64,000 nucleotides of DNA. Source: an uncultured delta proteobacterium (lineage in GTDB: Bacteria > Myxococcota_A > Polyangia > Polyangiales > Polyangiaceae). Positions 1 through 11,709 of this stretch are shown piece after piece. The DNA is taken from contig CAVOKF010000007.1 of assembly GCA_963696385.1 (NCBI GenBank), positions 416,001 to 480,000 on the forward strand, given 5' to 3'. The notes under the pieces were generated by a model. The model saw only the letters and a list, made by a program, of their open reading frames with translations, was not told the origin of the DNA and did not search any database. Numbering within the stretch: position 1 is the first letter of the stretch; every line of letters starts with the position of its first letter. Position numbers and translations under genes: made by a program.

Positions 1-224
1 GCAACACCCATTCCCGCTCTGCGCCGGGTCCGGGCCTCCGAAGCAGATTGGCCTCCGTTTGGGGCCTTCGGGCGGCGATCGCGCTCGCGGCACGATTCGT
101 GCGTCTCACCTCGACGAGACAGGTCGCCATCGGGGGGGGTCGCGACGCAGTCATCCCCGCATCCATGCCTTTGGGGCGTTCGTTGTCACTGGAAGCGCGC
201 TCCCGAGGGGGTCGCGCGATCGCG

Positions 225-1472
225 TCAGGCCGGCGTGCGCGCCGCGACCTCGACAATCCGCCCTGCGATGTGTCGAGCGTCCTGCCCGACGCCCGAGAAG
301 CGGCCCGACCCCCACGTGAAGAGCCAGGGGAGCCCAATGAAATAGAGGCCCTCGACCGCGGTCACCCCTCGCTCGTGGCGAGGGTAGCAGCCCTCATCGA
401 GGACGGGTGCGTGGATCCAGCCGAAGTTCGACCCGAAGCCGATGCACCACACCACGGCCCGAATGCGATCCGAGGCGTCGAGATCGAAGATTTCCTGCTC
501 CGGCTCCCAGGGCGGGACGTATTCGACACCGGGCGGCGCTTCTATCCCCTCCTTCGCGATGAACGTGTCGATCGTGCGGTTGATGCTCCGGTAAACTTCG
601 TCCGCGTCGTCCAGGTGCTGCTTCAAACCGGGAGCAAACGCCATGCGGCCGGCGCGGATGTCCCTCAGAGGCCCGTAAAGGCGCATGCCCTGCAGGGCAA
701 ACCGCCGCAGATCGATGTCGCGACCGCCGTCACGACCGGTCACGTAGTGGTTGGTGCGGTCCCGGACCTGCTCCTTGTTCGGGTGACGATCAATCGGGAT
801 GTCGTAGTAGCCCATGAGGCTAAGCCATTCGACGACGTCCTTTCCCCGGTGACGGCGAGCGCACCGCGGGGCATTGCCGACGCACAAGTGGACCTGCCGG
901 CCGGCCAGGTGGAGATCTTCGGCGATCTGGCATCCCGACTGGCCGGTGCCGACGACGAGCACCTCGCCCTCGGGCAATTCCTGCGGATTTCGATAGTGAG
1001 CCGAGTGAATTTGGACCACGTCGTGCGGCAATTGCGAAGCGCTCGGCGGGATTCGCGGCACGTGATAACTGCTCGTCGCGACAACGACCTGGTCCGCGGT
1101 CATCGCCGGACCGATCGATGTCTCGAGCTCAAACCGCGGGCCGTCGCCCGTCGATCGGCTCGCCGACAGGACCTCCACCCCCTCGAGCACCGGAGGGTCG
1201 AACGACGCCGCGTAGCTCTCGAGATACGACACGATTTCGTCGCGCCCCATGAAGCCCTGCGGGTCGTTTCCGCGGTAGGGGTATCCCGGAAGCTTGCATT
1301 GCCAATTGGGGGTCACGAGGCAGAAGCTGTCCCATCGCTCCGAACGCCAGCTATGGGCGATCCGCGACTTCTCGAGCACGACGTGGTCGATCCCGTGCTC
1401 CTTCAGGCAATAGCTGACCGAGAGGCCGGCCTGACCGGCCCCCACGACAATGACTGCGTGATGGGGCTTCAT
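225..1472 (-). CDS. nitH: Flavin-dependent oxidoreductase, MSMEG_0569 family (NitH-like)
   Basis: Start reassigned to [16 protein letters not shown] (ATG 1472). Two GxGxxG motifs (VGAGQAG, VGTGQSG), [23 protein letters not shown]. Last gene of the Nit1C-type operon. Confidence 0.9.
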   Translation of the reverse strand: MKPHHAVIVVGAGQAGLSVSYCLKEHGIDHVVLEKSRIAHSWRSERWDSFCLVTPNWQCKLPGYPYRGNDPQGFMGRDEIVSYLESYAASFDPPVLEGVEVLSASRSTGDGPRFELETSIGPAMTADQVVVATSSYHVPRIPPSASQLPHDVVQIHSAHYRNPQELPEGEVLVVGTGQSGCQIAEDLHLAGRQVHLCVGNAPRCARRHRGKDVVEWLSLMGYYDIPIDRHPNKEQVRDRTNHYVTGRDGGRDIDLRRFALQGMRLYGPLRDIRAGRMAFAPGLKQHLDDADEVYRSINRTIDTFIAKEGIEAPPGVEYVPPWEPEQEIFDLDASDRIRAVVWCIGFGSNFGWIHAPVLDEGCYPRHERGVTAVEGLYFIGLPWLFTWGSGRFSGVGQDARHIAGRIVEVAARTPA

Positions 1473-1482
1473 GCTCCGGACC

Positions 1483-2652
1483 TCACCCTTTTGGCTCGCG
1501 GGCGGCACCGCGGCGACGCGCCGCAGCACGCGCAGCCTCGTAGGGAAGGCGGTGCGATGCGGCGCAGCGCTCCCATGTAAACCGTGCGGCGCGGCGCGCA
1601 GCCGACCGTTGTAGATCGGCTCTTCGGCCTGGATCGAGCACCAGATCGACGAGAGTCTCGGCGATGCCATCGACGGACTCGGGATCGACGAAGGCGGCCG
1701 ACCGGCGGTCCAGATACTCGGTGAACGGTTCGCGCCCCGGTACGATGACGCAGGTCCCCGCCGCCATGGCCTCGAGGACAGCGAGGCCGAAGCCTTCGTG
1801 CAACGAGGGGCCCAGCAAGATGTCGCTCGTCCGGTAAAGCTCGGTGAGATCGTCGTCGCCGACGGGGCCCGGGCGCACGATACGGCGAGCCAGCGGGGCC
1901 GGCAGGGCCGCGAGGTCGGCGTCGAAGCGGGCCGCGTACTCCGAGTGGTCCCAAATGCTGTCGCCGCCCACGATGATCCAGGTGACCCGCGGGCACTTCG
2001 TGTAGAGCCGCGCGACGGCGGCGAGACACCGTCGCATGTTCTTGCGGGGTTCGATCCCCCCCACACTGAGGATGACGACGTCGTCGGGGCAGACTCCGAA
2101 CTCGGCGAGGATCGAACGGCCCTGGCGCGCGACGGGTCGCGCGAAGCGGTTCGCGTCCACGCCGTTGCGAACGACCGTAGTGTGCCGATTGAACTCTGCG
2201 AACACCTGCTTCTGGGTGAAACGGCTCACGCTGAGGACCACGTCGGCTTCGAGCACGGACCGGCGCTGGCAACCCGCAAGGTACGGATCCTCGAAGCGGT
2301 CGACATGATGCACCGTTCGCACGACGGGACGCAGGCCCGAGCCGAGCAGCGCGCTGGCCGCCAGACAATCCTGGGCGTGAAATACGTCGTGTTCCCGATC
2401 TCGGGTCCGCAATCCGTCGATGAACTCCCCGACGCGCTGACCCACGAGCCTCGCTCGGTCGGCGGGAGCCTCGCCGGCGGCGATGAGTTCGACTCGGCAC
2501 CGGATCGGCCGAAAGAAGGACGCGCCGGGCTTCGCCAACGCGTAAAGCGTCACGTCGTGACCCCTGCCCGCAAGGGCTTCGGCCAGACCCGCCGCGTGGA
2601 CGACGCTACCGCGCGGCCTCGTGGAATACGTGAACATTCCGACCGACATCAT
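1483..2652 (-). CDS. GT4 glycosyltransferase, MSMEG_0565 family
   Basis: [14 protein letters not shown]-terminus, [16 protein letters not shown], and [14 protein letters not shown] (GT-B motif). Operon context. Confidence 0.9.
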   Translation of the reverse strand: MMSVGMFTYSTRPRGSVVHAAGLAEALAGRGHDVTLYALAKPGASFFRPIRCRVELIAAGEAPADRARLVGQRVGEFIDGLRTRDREHDVFHAQDCLAASALLGSGLRPVVRTVHHVDRFEDPYLAGCQRRSVLEADVVLSVSRFTQKQVFAEFNRHTTVVRNGVDANRFARPVARQGRSILAEFGVCPDDVVILSVGGIEPRKNMRRCLAAVARLYTKCPRVTWIIVGGDSIWDHSEYAARFDADLAALPAPLARRIVRPGPVGDDDLTELYRTSDILLGPSLHEGFGLAVLEAMAAGTCVIVPGREPFTEYLDRRSAAFVDPESVDGIAETLVDLVLDPGRRADLQRSAARRAARFTWERCAASHRLPYEAARAAARRRGAAREPKG

Positions 2653-2670
2653 GGGTCGCCTCTGGGTCGG

Positions 2671-3660
2671 CTAAGGGCCGAAGCCCGTCAGGGGGACGTC
2701 TCGAAGGTCCCAGAACATTTGCCGCTCGCCCGCCCCCGAGAGCACCAGCGTCCTCGAGTCGTCGATTTGTCCGATGGGCGCGCACGCGACGCCGACCGAA
2801 TCAAAGCGCGCGCACACGGCGGCCACGTGCGTGGGCTCGACGGCCAATACGAATCCGAAGCTCGGAAATGCCGTCAACCAGCGAAGCGCGTCGACGCCGG
2901 CGGGCGCGGGGATCCGCTCCAGATCGATGTGCGCACCGGCCCCGGAGGTCTCGAGCATCATGAGCGACGTCCCGCAGATCCCCGCCATGCTGATGTCCTT
3001 GCCGGCGGCGACCCACCCCGCCTCCGCGAGCTCGGGCAGGAGGCCGAGCTGCGCGCGCAGCAGTTGACTCGGGGCCGCCGTTGCCGCGTTGAAGTTGCCG
3101 CCTGGACCTCGGAAGCTGCCGTCGAGCGAGATGGCGGCGAGGAGCGCCTGTCCCGGCCGGGCCCCCGCGCCGGGGATCAGGCGATTGGCACGCCCGACGA
3201 TCGCCACGCCAAGCATGCTGGCGGCCGAGCAGCGTGTCGTGTGGCCCCCGACGACCGGCACGCCGAAGGCCTGGCTGGCCGCGGCCATTCCCTCGAGCAC
3301 GCGCTCGTTCTCGCCGCTGCCGAGAAAGAGCACGTCGACGATCGCCCACGGTCGGCCGCCCATCGCGGCGATGTCGTTGACGTTCGTGAGCACGCCGCAG
3401 AAGCCCGCAAACCAGGGGTCGGCAGCGACGAACTCGGCCCGCATCCCCTCCGCCGCGAAGAGGACGTAGCCGCCCCCGTCGTCCTTCAGCGCCGCCGTGT
3501 CGTCGCCGTTGATCCACGGGTGCGCCGAAGGAAACCAAGCGCTGCGCGTCTCGCGCCCGAAAGCTCTCGCGGCGCGCTGGATGTCTTGCTTGAAACCGAT
3601 CTCGGCCCGGCCCTGCAGCTCGCCCACGAGCGAGGGCAGCGACCCGGATGCGAGTTTCAC
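2671..3660 (-). CDS. nitF: AIR synthase-related protein, sll0787 family (NitF-like)
   Basis: NGDDTAA, NVNDIAAMGGRP, VVGGHT, GKDISMAG. GTG start overlaps the upstream TGA (GTGA). Confidence 0.9.
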   Translation of the reverse strand: MKLASGSLPSLVGELQGRAEIGFKQDIQRAARAFGRETRSAWFPSAHPWINGDDTAALKDDGGGYVLFAAEGMRAEFVAADPWFAGFCGVLTNVNDIAAMGGRPWAIVDVLFLGSGENERVLEGMAAASQAFGVPVVGGHTTRCSAASMLGVAIVGRANRLIPGAGARPGQALLAAISLDGSFRGPGGNFNAATAAPSQLLRAQLGLLPELAEAGWVAAGKDISMAGICGTSLMMLETSGAGAHIDLERIPAPAGVDALRWLTAFPSFGFVLAVEPTHVAAVCARFDSVGVACAPIGQIDDSRTLVLSGAGERQMFWDLRDVPLTGFGP

Positions 3661-4241
3661 GCCGCCCTCAGGCGACCCATGAGGGCCGCCGCCACGTCGC
3701 CAAAGACGGGCCGGTTCGCCCAGGCGGCGCACGCCGGATACGCCTCGAGATCGGCCCGCATCAGCTGGTGCGGCTGTCCGCAGACCTCGACGGGCTCAAT
3801 CGCCGAGAAGTGGTGTTGCTCGAAGTACCGGACGTTCTTCGCCTGGATGGTCGCCAGGAAGGTCTTGCAACCGAAGGCGCGCGCCGTCGACACGGCGGCG
3901 CAAATCAGCGAAGTCCCCACGATTCGCCGCGAGCGGTACCTCGGGATGACGCCCAGGCGGCCTCCGAACCACGTGTCCGGATCCGTCGGGTAGATCCGGA
4001 CGACGCCCACCACTTCGTCGGCCATTCCGGCCATCTGGGCCATCGCCACAATGGCCGTCGCGCGCGCGTCGTGTGCGTCGACGTCCGTTTGGTCGAAGAG
4101 GCCCTGCTCCTCGGCAAAAACGGAGCGCCGGAGCCTGTAGTAGGCCTCGAGCTGCCAGGGCTCGCTCACGATTTGAGCCGCGATGGCGCTCGAGAGGAAG
4201 GGGATGACCTCTTGCCCCCAGACATTGGCCGCTTCAAGCAT
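3657..4241 (-). CDS. nitE: GNAT N-acetyltransferase, MSMEG_0567/sll0786 family (NitE-like)
   Basis: LRRSVFAEEQGLF..D.D, VVGVVRIY, WFGGRLGV, AVSTARAFGC..FLATIQ. Confidence 0.88.
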   Translation of the reverse strand: MLEAANVWGQEVIPFLSSAIAAQIVSEPWQLEAYYRLRRSVFAEEQGLFDQTDVDAHDARATAIVAMAQMAGMADEVVGVVRIYPTDPDTWFGGRLGVIPRYRSRRIVGTSLICAAVSTARAFGCKTFLATIQAKNVRYFEQHHFSAIEPVEVCGQPHQLMRADLEAYPACAAWANRPVFGDVAAALMGRLRAA

Positions 4242-5370
4242 GGATCGCCTCCCGCGCGCGCAGCGAGGAGCACGCACCGCAACGTCCGCACCCGGCTTTT
4301 ATCGCGTCGCTCCGCATGCCCGCCTCGAAGAGGACGCGAGCGACATCGGCCAGCACCGAGTTGACGAATGCGGGATCCGGCGGCGGGTGGTCCTCGAGCG
4401 GCGTGCCGGCGATGGGGACGAAGGGAACGACGAACGGGTAGACACCCATCGCGACAAGGCGCCGGCACGTGGCGAGGATCGCGTCATGCGAATCGCCGAG
4501 ACCCGCCAAAATGTACGTGGAGACTTGCCCCCACCCGAAGACGTCGACAGCGTGCCGGAAGGCGTCCAAGTAGGTCGCGATGGGAATCTCGGCCTTGCCC
4601 GGCATGATCCGGCGGCGCACGGGCTCGGTCACGGCCTCGAGGTGCATTCCGAGGCTATCGACACCGGCGGCGGCCATTCGGTCGATCCACGCGAGATCGG
4701 CAGGCGGCTCGCATTGCGCCTGAATGGGGACCGACACTCGCGCTTTGATGGCGCGCGCTGCGTCGCTCAGCACGAGCGCGCCGCGGTCGTCGGTGTGCGG
4801 CGTCCCGGTCGTCAAAACGACGTGCTTGACGGCGTCCAGAACCACCGCCGCCTCGGCGACTTCCGCGAGCTGATCGGGCCTCTTTTCAGCGACGGTCGTC
4901 CTCGAGGCGAGCGACTGACCGATCGCGCAGAACTGGCAGGAGGTTTCACGCCGCCCGTAACGGACGCACGTCTGCAGCACAGTCGTGGCCAACACGTCGT
5001 CTGCGTGCAGACGCGCGATCTTCCAGTAGGGGACGCCCTCGGCCGTCACTCGCGAGTAGAAATTCGGCGTGCGAGGGAATGTCACCTCGGCGACGGGCCA
5101 CCCATCGCGCCGCAAGGTCGCCGTCGCTCCATTCGGGGCCACCTCGGCGGAGTAGGGGGAGTGACCCGCGGCGCGGGTGAAGATCGGCACCATCACCGTC
5201 TGGTTCCAGACCGTGACGGCCTTGTGATCGGACGGCCCGGCGCCCCCGGCTCGACTCAGGCCGGGACCGCCCGGATCGATCCAGTGGACGCCCAAGGCCT
5301 GGAGCTCCGCGATGAGCTCAAACGGCGGGAGTGCGGGCGCCCCCGTCAAGATGGGCAACGATCGATTCAT
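4234..5370 (-). CDS. nitD: Radical SAM protein, MSMEG_0568 family (NitD-like)
   Basis: [32 protein letters not shown] (CX9CX2C), [20 protein letters not shown]-terminal GCGRCGACS. Confidence 0.92.
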   Translation of the reverse strand: MNRSLPILTGAPALPPFELIAELQALGVHWIDPGGPGLSRAGGAGPSDHKAVTVWNQTVMVPIFTRAAGHSPYSAEVAPNGATATLRRDGWPVAEVTFPRTPNFYSRVTAEGVPYWKIARLHADDVLATTVLQTCVRYGRRETSCQFCAIGQSLASRTTVAEKRPDQLAEVAEAAVVLDAVKHVVLTTGTPHTDDRGALVLSDAARAIKARVSVPIQAQCEPPADLAWIDRMAAAGVDSLGMHLEAVTEPVRRRIMPGKAEIPIATYLDAFRHAVDVFGWGQVSTYILAGLGDSHDAILATCRRLVAMGVYPFVVPFVPIAGTPLEDHPPPDPAFVNSVLADVARVLFEAGMRSDAIKAGCGRCGACSSLRAREAIHA

Positions 5371-6340
5371 CGTGAGGGTCCTTCGTCGGGGGTGGAGGAG
5401 AGGAGGCAACGAGATCGCGCACGTGCGGCTGCGGCGTGCGATTGGCGTAGAGCGCCAGGAGCTCGGGGCGGCTGTAGTGACCGACGCTGTCCATCATGCG
5501 TTTTCGCTTCGTGATGAGCGAAAGGTCGAGGTCCGCGGTGAGGATCCCCTCCCCGCTCGTGATCGGCTCGCCGAGGAGCACGCCCTCGGGCGAGACGATG
5601 GCGGTGTAGCAGCCGCCCCGGAGCGCCTTGCCGAGACCCGTCGTGCCCGCGATGGTGTGGACCTGCTCATCGTCTAAAAACCCCGTGGAGTTGACGACGA
5701 AGCAGCCGGCCTCGAGCGCGTGATGGCGGATCGTGACCGCGATTTGGTCGGCGAAGATGTTGCCGACGAGGGACCCGGGGAACATGGCCACGTGAATTTC
5801 CTCGTGGTCGGCCATGAGCGCGTAGCGCGCGAGCGGGTTGTAGTGCTCCCAACACGCGAGGGCGCCGAGCCGCCCGACACGCGTGTCGACGGCGCGCAGG
5901 CCCGAGCCGTCGCCTTGCCCCCAGATCATGCGCTCGTGAAACGTGGGCGTGATCTTGCGGCGTGACAGCACGAGTGCGCCGTCGGCGTCGAAGACGAGTT
6001 GCGCATTGTAAAGCGTCCCGTGGTCGCGCTCGTTGACGCCGATCGCGACCACCGCACCGGCGCGCCGCGCTGCCTGTCCGATCGCATCGGTCGCGGGGCT
6101 CGGAATCTCCACCGACTGCTCGATGAGAAGGACGTGGTCGGCGCCCGAAATTGCAGGTGCCTTGATGAACGAGAAGTAGGGGTAGTACGGGACGATGGTC
6201 TCGGGGAACACCACGAGATCGGCGCCGAGGCGTGCTGCTTCTGCGATGGCGCGACACACCTTCTCGGTCGTCGCCTGTCGATCGAAGAGGACCGGGCTCA
6301 GCTGCACTGCCGCAGCTCTCACTCGGCGCGTCGCGGTCAC
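5318..6340 (-). CDS. nitC: Nitrilase, Nit6803/sll0784 family (NitC)
   Basis: Catalytic E-K-C motifs [35 protein letters not shown]. Confidence 0.95.
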   Translation of the reverse strand: MTATRRVRAAAVQLSPVLFDRQATTEKVCRAIAEAARLGADLVVFPETIVPYYPYFSFIKAPAISGADHVLLIEQSVEIPSPATDAIGQAARRAGAVVAIGVNERDHGTLYNAQLVFDADGALVLSRRKITPTFHERMIWGQGDGSGLRAVDTRVGRLGALACWEHYNPLARYALMADHEEIHVAMFPGSLVGNIFADQIAVTIRHHALEAGCFVVNSTGFLDDEQVHTIAGTTGLGKALRGGCYTAIVSPEGVLLGEPITSGEGILTADLDLSLITKRKRMMDSVGHYSRPELLALYANRTPQPHVRDLVASSPPPPTKDPHDESIVAHLDGGARTPAV

Positions 6341-6356
6341 GGTGTGCGGTCTCGGG

Positions 6357-6839
6357 TCAGAGTGTCCACGTGTTCAAAATGAACGCGCCGTCGCGGCGGT
6401 GGATCAGGATGAGGTCGAGGACGTCGAGCGGGCTGATCGGCCGGACTCCTTCGATGAGCGACGGCTCCCCGTGCCCGTAGAGCGCCTGAAGCGCGAATCG
6501 GCACGCGTACACTTTGCCGCCCTCGGACATGAACTTCTGAACCTGGCCGTTCATCGCCAAATGGCCGGGGAATGCCTCGTCGCCGATCTTCGGAAAGCCG
6601 CGCTGCAGTCCGAGTGTCACGCCGGGCCCGTAGAGCAGGATGGACGTCTCGAACCCCTTGCGCAGCAGGCGCGTCGCCTGCAGGAGGTTGACCAGGCCGA
6701 TCGACCCCTCGAACGCGACCGTGTGAAACGTGACGAGCGCCTTTTCGCCGGGCTTTGCTTTGACGTCTTCAAAGACCTTTTCCTCGTAATCGACGAGGAA
6801 GTCGCCGGTCTTGTGATGCGGAGCCTGAACTTTGGGCAT
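6357..6839 (-). CDS. nitB: MSMEG_0572/Sll0783 family DsrE-like protein (NitB)
   Basis: [61 protein letters not shown] upstream of ATG 6839. Confidence 0.93.
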   Translation of the reverse strand: MPKVQAPHHKTGDFLVDYEEKVFEDVKAKPGEKALVTFHTVAFEGSIGLVNLLQATRLLRKGFETSILLYGPGVTLGLQRGFPKIGDEAFPGHLAMNGQVQKFMSEGGKVYACRFALQALYGHGEPSLIEGVRPISPLDVLDLILIHRRDGAFILNTWTL

Positions 6840-6954
6840 GTCTGGACCCTCCGAGAAGGTGTTTTTTGGACTCTGGGCGCCCGAGCACGGATCTCGCCGT
6901 GACACACGGTCGAGACCCGCGCTCGCCAAGCGCCCCGCGGATGCGAGAGGGCTG

Positions 6955-6970
6955 TGCGAGGGGCGTGCCC
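6955..6970 (-). promoter_or_regulatory. Sigma54 -24/-12 promoter of the nit operon
   Basis: Minus strand GGGCACGCCCCTCGCA = GG-N10-GC, about 115 bp upstream of nitB and adjacent to a sigma54 activator gene. Confidence 0.7.
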
Positions 6971-7051
6971 GACTTGCGACCTCCGCTCGTTGCCCAGGCG
7001 TTCTGCGAGAAAACGAGCAACCAGGCACCCGCTCGTTACCGAGGAGAAACG

Positions 7052-7104
7052 CTCGAAGATTCGATGAATCGCAAGTTTTTGCGATTTGGATTCGAGTCTT
7101 CGAG
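7052..7104. promoter_or_regulatory. Nested inverted repeats: candidate NitA enhancer (or terminator of nitA)
   Basis: CTCGAAGATTCGA...TCGAGTCTTCGAG (1 mismatch) enclosing ATCGCAA-GTTT-TTGCGAT, 80-135 bp upstream of the sigma54 promoter. Confidence 0.55.
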
Positions 7105-7117
7105 ATCCAAGGCGGCC

Positions 7118-8725
7118 TCAGATGTCCACCGGGTTTCGTCGATCGCTCGACCGACGAAACCCGAACCGCTTCATATGGTAGGCGAGCGTGCTCGGGCTGA
7201 TGCCGAGCATCTTCGCGGCGCCTTGCGCACCCGCGACTCGGTAATCGCAACGCACGAGCGCGTTCAGGATGTTGCGCCGCTCGATCTCGCGGAGCATGGC
7301 CACCGGGATCACTTGCTCGAGCCGTTCTGGATCGAGCGGCACGCCCGCGCTCGACGCTCGGTGGGGCTCGCCGGTTTCGTTCTGCGACGTCCGCGCGAGC
7401 TCGAACCGGAGCTTGCCCTGCGTCGTCGGCGCGAGAACGACGGCGCGCTCGATGACGTTGTGGAGCTCCCGAGCGTTGCCCGGAAAGTCGTAGGCGAGGA
7501 GCGCGCTCTCGGCGGGTTCTTCGAGGACAGGCTCTGGAACGTGAAGCCGGCGCGCCGTGGCTTTGAGAAATGACCGAGCCATGGGGATGATGTCGTCGCG
7601 CCGCTCGCGCAGCGGCGGAACCTCGACGGGCAGGACGTTCAGCCTGTAGTAGAGGTCGCGCCGAAAGCGACCTCGCGCGACCTCCCGCTCCAGATCGCGG
7701 TTGGTGGCCGCGACGACGCGGACATCGACCTTGCGCGTCCGGTCATCGCCGACAGGCTCGAACGTGCGCTCCTGCAGCACGCGAAGCAGCTTGCCCTGCA
7801 AGTCGAGCGGAATCTCGCCCACCTCGTCGAGAAACAGCGTGCCCCCGTCCGCCAGCAGGAAGCGGCCCTGACGGTCGCGAATGGCCCCGCTGAAGGCCCC
7901 ACGCACGTGCCCGAAGAACTCACTCTCGAAGAGCTCGTGGGGCACGCTGGCACAATTGACGCGCACGAGCGGCCCGTCGCGCCGAGGGCTCATTCGGTGG
8001 ATTGCGGCCGCGATCAATTCTTTTCCGACGCCGCTCTCGCCCAGGACCAGTACCGAGGAGTTCGTTTGCGCGACTTGCTCGGCCTGCTGGAGCACGCGCT
8101 TCATCTTCGAGCTGACCGCGACGATCTCGTCTTGCTGGAGCGCCGTACGAACCGCCTCGCGCAGATAGTCGCGCTCGCGCTCGGCCCGATCTTTCAGGCG
8201 CTCAATTTCCTCGAAGGCGCGCGCGTTCGCGATGGCCACCGCCGCATGATCGGCAAACACCCGCAACCACTTGAGATCCTGGGTGGCGAGCCGCCGCCGG
8301 CTGAAGACGGCGACGACGCCGAGGACCTGATCGCGAAACGCAAGGGGCTGACCGGCAAAGCTCTCGATGGCCTCGGCCTCCGCCCACTCGGGTTGCACGA
8401 GCCAGTCGCGTGGACCCCGCTGCAGAAGAAGCGGGGCGTTGGTCGCCGCGACTCGGCCCACCTTGCCGTACGTCATCGGAATTTTGTGGTGGGCTCCGTC
8501 CGTTCTCGTCCAGCGGACGGACGGATCCACGATGGACGTGCCGACGCTCGCGCGAAGCTCGAGGTAGGGCGCGGCGGACGGATCGTCGTGCCGCAGCAGC
8601 CACACCCGGGCAAGAGCCACTCCTTCAGTCATGCCGAGACCGCGCACGAGCTCGTCGAGGACCGTGTCGGGCGATCGTGCTGCGGCGACCGACAGCGCCA
8701 GCGACTGAAGCGCTTCGAGCTGCAT
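7118..8725 (-). CDS. nitA: GAF-domain sigma54-dependent transcriptional activator (NitA/FhlA-like)
   Basis: N-terminal GAF domain, Walker [43 protein letters not shown]-terminal Fis HTH. Start MQLEALQ is inferred. Confidence 0.9.
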   Translation of the reverse strand: MQLEALQSLALSVAAARSPDTVLDELVRGLGMTEGVALARVWLLRHDDPSAAPYLELRASVGTSIVDPSVRWTRTDGAHHKIPMTYGKVGRVAATNAPLLLQRGPRDWLVQPEWAEAEAIESFAGQPLAFRDQVLGVVAVFSRRRLATQDLKWLRVFADHAAVAIANARAFEEIERLKDRAERERDYLREAVRTALQQDEIVAVSSKMKRVLQQAEQVAQTNSSVLVLGESGVGKELIAAAIHRMSPRRDGPLVRVNCASVPHELFESEFFGHVRGAFSGAIRDRQGRFLLADGGTLFLDEVGEIPLDLQGKLLRVLQERTFEPVGDDRTRKVDVRVVAATNRDLEREVARGRFRRDLYYRLNVLPVEVPPLRERRDDIIPMARSFLKATARRLHVPEPVLEEPAESALLAYDFPGNARELHNVIERAVVLAPTTQGKLRFELARTSQNETGEPHRASSAGVPLDPERLEQVIPVAMLREIERRNILNALVRCDYRVAGAQGAAKMLGISPSTLAYHMKRFGFRRSSDRRNPVDI

Positions 8726-8960
8726 CGTCGGGACCTCAAGGCGAGCGTCGCACCGCGCCGTCTCGCCCGGGCTTCGGCCAAGCAGCGGGAGCGTTTCGGG
8801 CACGTCGGCTGCGCCCATGCGCACGACACCGAGGCTAGCGATTGCGAACCCGGAAACGAACGATGGCGAGCTCGGGCACCTGCTCGCGCCCGAGAGGTGG
8901 AACATCGCATTTCCGATTTCTGCAAGACGGCGGCGCCGCGCTCATCTAGACCCGTCCTTC

Positions 8961-9365
8961 ATGACGGAAAATCTGAGGTTCGAAGGTCTGACGCTCACGG
9001 TGGAGAGCGTGGAACAATCCATCGAGTTCTACAGCGGCAAGCTCGGGCTGAAGGTCGAGTGGAACGCGCTTCCAGCCTTCGCCATGATGCGCCACGGCGT
9101 GGTCACGCTCGGTTTGCTCGCCGCCGCGGAAGCTCGAAAGGAGGGAGTTGTCGACTCGAGTCCCTCGCAAAAGGCCGCCATCCACGTGGAGTTCACGACG
9201 GACGACCTCGACGGCCTTTACGAGGAGCTCAAGGCGAAGGGCGTGACGTTTCATCAACCTCCACACGACGAGCCCTGGGAGCGTGCGATGACAGCGTTCG
9301 ATCCCGACGGCTACGCCGTCGAGTTTGCGCAAGGCAAGCGCGGGCACAACCAGACGAAGCCATGA
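8961..9365 (+). CDS. VOC/glyoxalase family protein
   Basis: LTVESVEQSIEFY..LGL, DDLDGLYEELKAKGV, EPWERAMTAFDPDGYAVEF. Confidence 0.85.
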   Translation: MTENLRFEGLTLTVESVEQSIEFYSGKLGLKVEWNALPAFAMMRHGVVTLGLLAAAEARKEGVVDSSPSQKAAIHVEFTTDDLDGLYEELKAKGVTFHQPPHDEPWERAMTAFDPDGYAVEFAQGKRGHNQTKP

Positions 9366-9576
9366 CCGCCCCCAAGTCGACGCGACGGAACCGCTTGCGG
9401 TCCTACCGCGACAGCGTGGCCGCTGCCCGCTTGATCAGTGAGGCCACGGCATCCGGGTGCGATACGAAGACGGAGTGACTCGCGGGAGCTCTCGGGATCG
9501 ATGACGAAGCGGTTTGCATCGTCGCGACATGGGGATGATATGGACGAATCCATTTTGACGCTTGCGGGGAGGGCAC

Positions 9577-10518
9577 ATGACCGACGCGAAAGCCTTGGTG
9601 TCGGGAGCCACGGGTCTCATCGGCAGACATCTCATTGCACAGCTTCACGAACCTCGCGTGCTGGGACGCAACCCGGCCAGGGCACGGGAGCAGCTCGGCG
9701 TGAAGGACGCGCTCGCTTGGAGCGCGGAGCAGACGATCCCCGCAAGAGCTTTGGATGGAGTCGACGCCGTCTTTCATCTTGCGGGCGACCCCATCGCAGG
9801 TGGGCGTCTCACCGCTGCGAAGAAGCAGAACGTTCGGGACAGCCGCGTGCTTGGCACGCGAAATATGGTGGCGGCGATCCGTGACGCCGCCAGCAGACCC
9901 CGCGTCCTGGTGTGCGCGTCCGCCATCGGCTTCTATGGCTCGCGAGGCGATGACGAGCTGGTCGAGACGTCCGCTGCGGGGACCGGATTTCTCGCGGATC
10001 TCTGCCGGGACTGGGAGAAGGAGGCGCTCGCAGCGAGCGCACTGGGCGTGCGCGTCGTGTGCGCTCGGACGGGTGTCGTTCTCGCGCGGGAAGGCGGAGC
10101 ACTCACCTCGATGCAACCGGCATTTCAGCTCGGTTTGGGCGGTCCTTTGGGATCCGGGAAGCAGTGGATGAGCTGGATCCATATCGACGACGTCGTGGCT
10201 CTCCTTCTTCATGCCGCCGACCGAGCCAATGTGGAAGGCCCTCTCAATGTGTGTGCCCCTCACCCGTCGAGGAACATCGATTTCAGCCGCGCACTAGGTC
10301 GCGCGATGCACCGCCCGGCGTGGGTTCGCGCGCCCGCCGTGGCGCTCCGGATGGTCTTGGGAGACATGGCAGACGTCGTCATGGCCTCGCAGCGAGTGAT
10401 CCCGGCGAAAGCCGCCGCGACGGGCTACGCGTTTCGATTCGCCACCGTCGAGGAGGCCCTTGCCGATCTCCTCGGTTCTGGTCGTGCGGCAGCGAGCTCC
10501 GCGGAGGTCCGCCCATGA
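9577..10518 (+). CDS. TIGR01777-type NAD-dependent epimerase/dehydratase (YfcH-like)
   Basis: LVSGATGLIG, SAIGFYG, FLADLCRDWE, GPLGSGKQWMSWIHIDD. Confidence 0.92.
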   Translation: MTDAKALVSGATGLIGRHLIAQLHEPRVLGRNPARAREQLGVKDALAWSAEQTIPARALDGVDAVFHLAGDPIAGGRLTAAKKQNVRDSRVLGTRNMVAAIRDAASRPRVLVCASAIGFYGSRGDDELVETSAAGTGFLADLCRDWEKEALAASALGVRVVCARTGVVLAREGGALTSMQPAFQLGLGGPLGSGKQWMSWIHIDDVVALLLHAADRANVEGPLNVCAPHPSRNIDFSRALGRAMHRPAWVRAPAVALRMVLGDMADVVMASQRVIPAKAAATGYAFRFATVEEALADLLGSGRAAASSAEVRP

Positions 10519-10525
10519 GACATGG

Positions 10526-11709
10526 TCAGGGGCCACTGTCCGGACCGAACACCAGTGCGGCGGCCTCTTGTGCGGCGAAGCCGCTTGCGTATTGCGCGAG
10601 ATAGGCGCTCGCCGCTCGCGCTGCAGCAGCGCGGTCTCCGGTCTGCGAGAGGATGCGGAAGCGGGCCACGTAAGCGTCTTGCGCGAGCGGAGACGCAGAA
10701 TAACGGCTGCAGAATTCATCCAAGAGGGTGACCGAGAGCGCCCGGTCGCCTCGGTCTCGAGCGTTCATCGCGTCCGAAAAAAGTGCATTCTGCTTCGCGA
10801 GCTCAGTGAGGCTTTGCTGGCCCCCGAACAATGTCCCGGCGTCGGTGGGCGGCGCCGGCTCTTTCGCCTGTTGCGCGGCGCGCGGCGCACGCCCATGGTC
10901 CGCAGATTCAGCCACGGCCTTGCTGTCGCCTGCGCTCCGCGATTCGGCGTCGGCGGCGGAATGGGCGGCCGACGAAGTCCACTCGGTTCCGGCATCCAGC
11001 AGCACTTCGCGATCGGCGTGCCGTACGCTCACCACGCCCTCGGTCACGACCACCCTGGTTCGCGTCATCTCGGACGGTTCCGATCTCGTAACTTCCACCG
11101 AAAAGGCCGTTCCGTGCACCGAGACCACCGCATTCGGGGTTCGGACCGCGAAAAAGTGACCCTTGGGCAGCTTGGGTACCCGCACGTGGATTACGCCGAG
11201 ATCGAGGGCCAACTCTTCCCGAGAAGGCCCTGTGTCCTTTGAATCGGGAAGGGCAAGAACGGTGTCAGGCCCCACGACGATCTCGACGCCGCTCACCAGC
11301 TGCAGGCGCGACGAGCTCGATTCGATCCGTTGGGACGTGCGAATCGACGCCCAACATCAAGCCACTCGAAGACGGAGCCGAAGCCACAATCTCCCCGCGG
11401 TGCCCGCTCGCGTGGGAGGCGCCAAACCGTGCAACCATGCGTGCGACAACGCCTTCGTTCGACGCCCGCGGATGAAGCAGCGTCGCCCCCGCCAAGACGA
11501 GGGCTGCGGCGGCCGCAACCGCGAACCCCCGCCGCATGAAAATCCGGCGGCGGTTCGAACGTCCAAGCGCGCTTGCGAGCACGGTCCGAGCGATGGCCGC
11601 GACAACGCGTGTCCTCGTCGCCTCCGACGGGACCGAGCCATCCTGGGGAAGGGGAAATCGCGCCCATTGCGCAAGGATTCTCAGGACGTTTGGGCGACTC
11701 AGGCAACAT
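10526..11709 (-). CDS. FecR-domain anti-sigma factor with C-terminal TPR-like region (apparent frameshifts near 11325 and 11675)
   Basis: ATG overlaps the ECF sigma stop. TM segment AVAAAAALVLAG is in one frame; FecR motif FAVRTPNAVVSVHGTAFSV and the TPR-like tail are in another. Confidence 0.7.

Noticed and set aside
48..5514. Long plus-strand ORFs 48-1580, 1798-3993 and 4183-5514
   Set aside because: Antisense shadows of the nit genes in GC-rich DNA, Arg-rich with no motifs. The same applies to 7907-9478, 33532-35199, 41417-43147 and many others.
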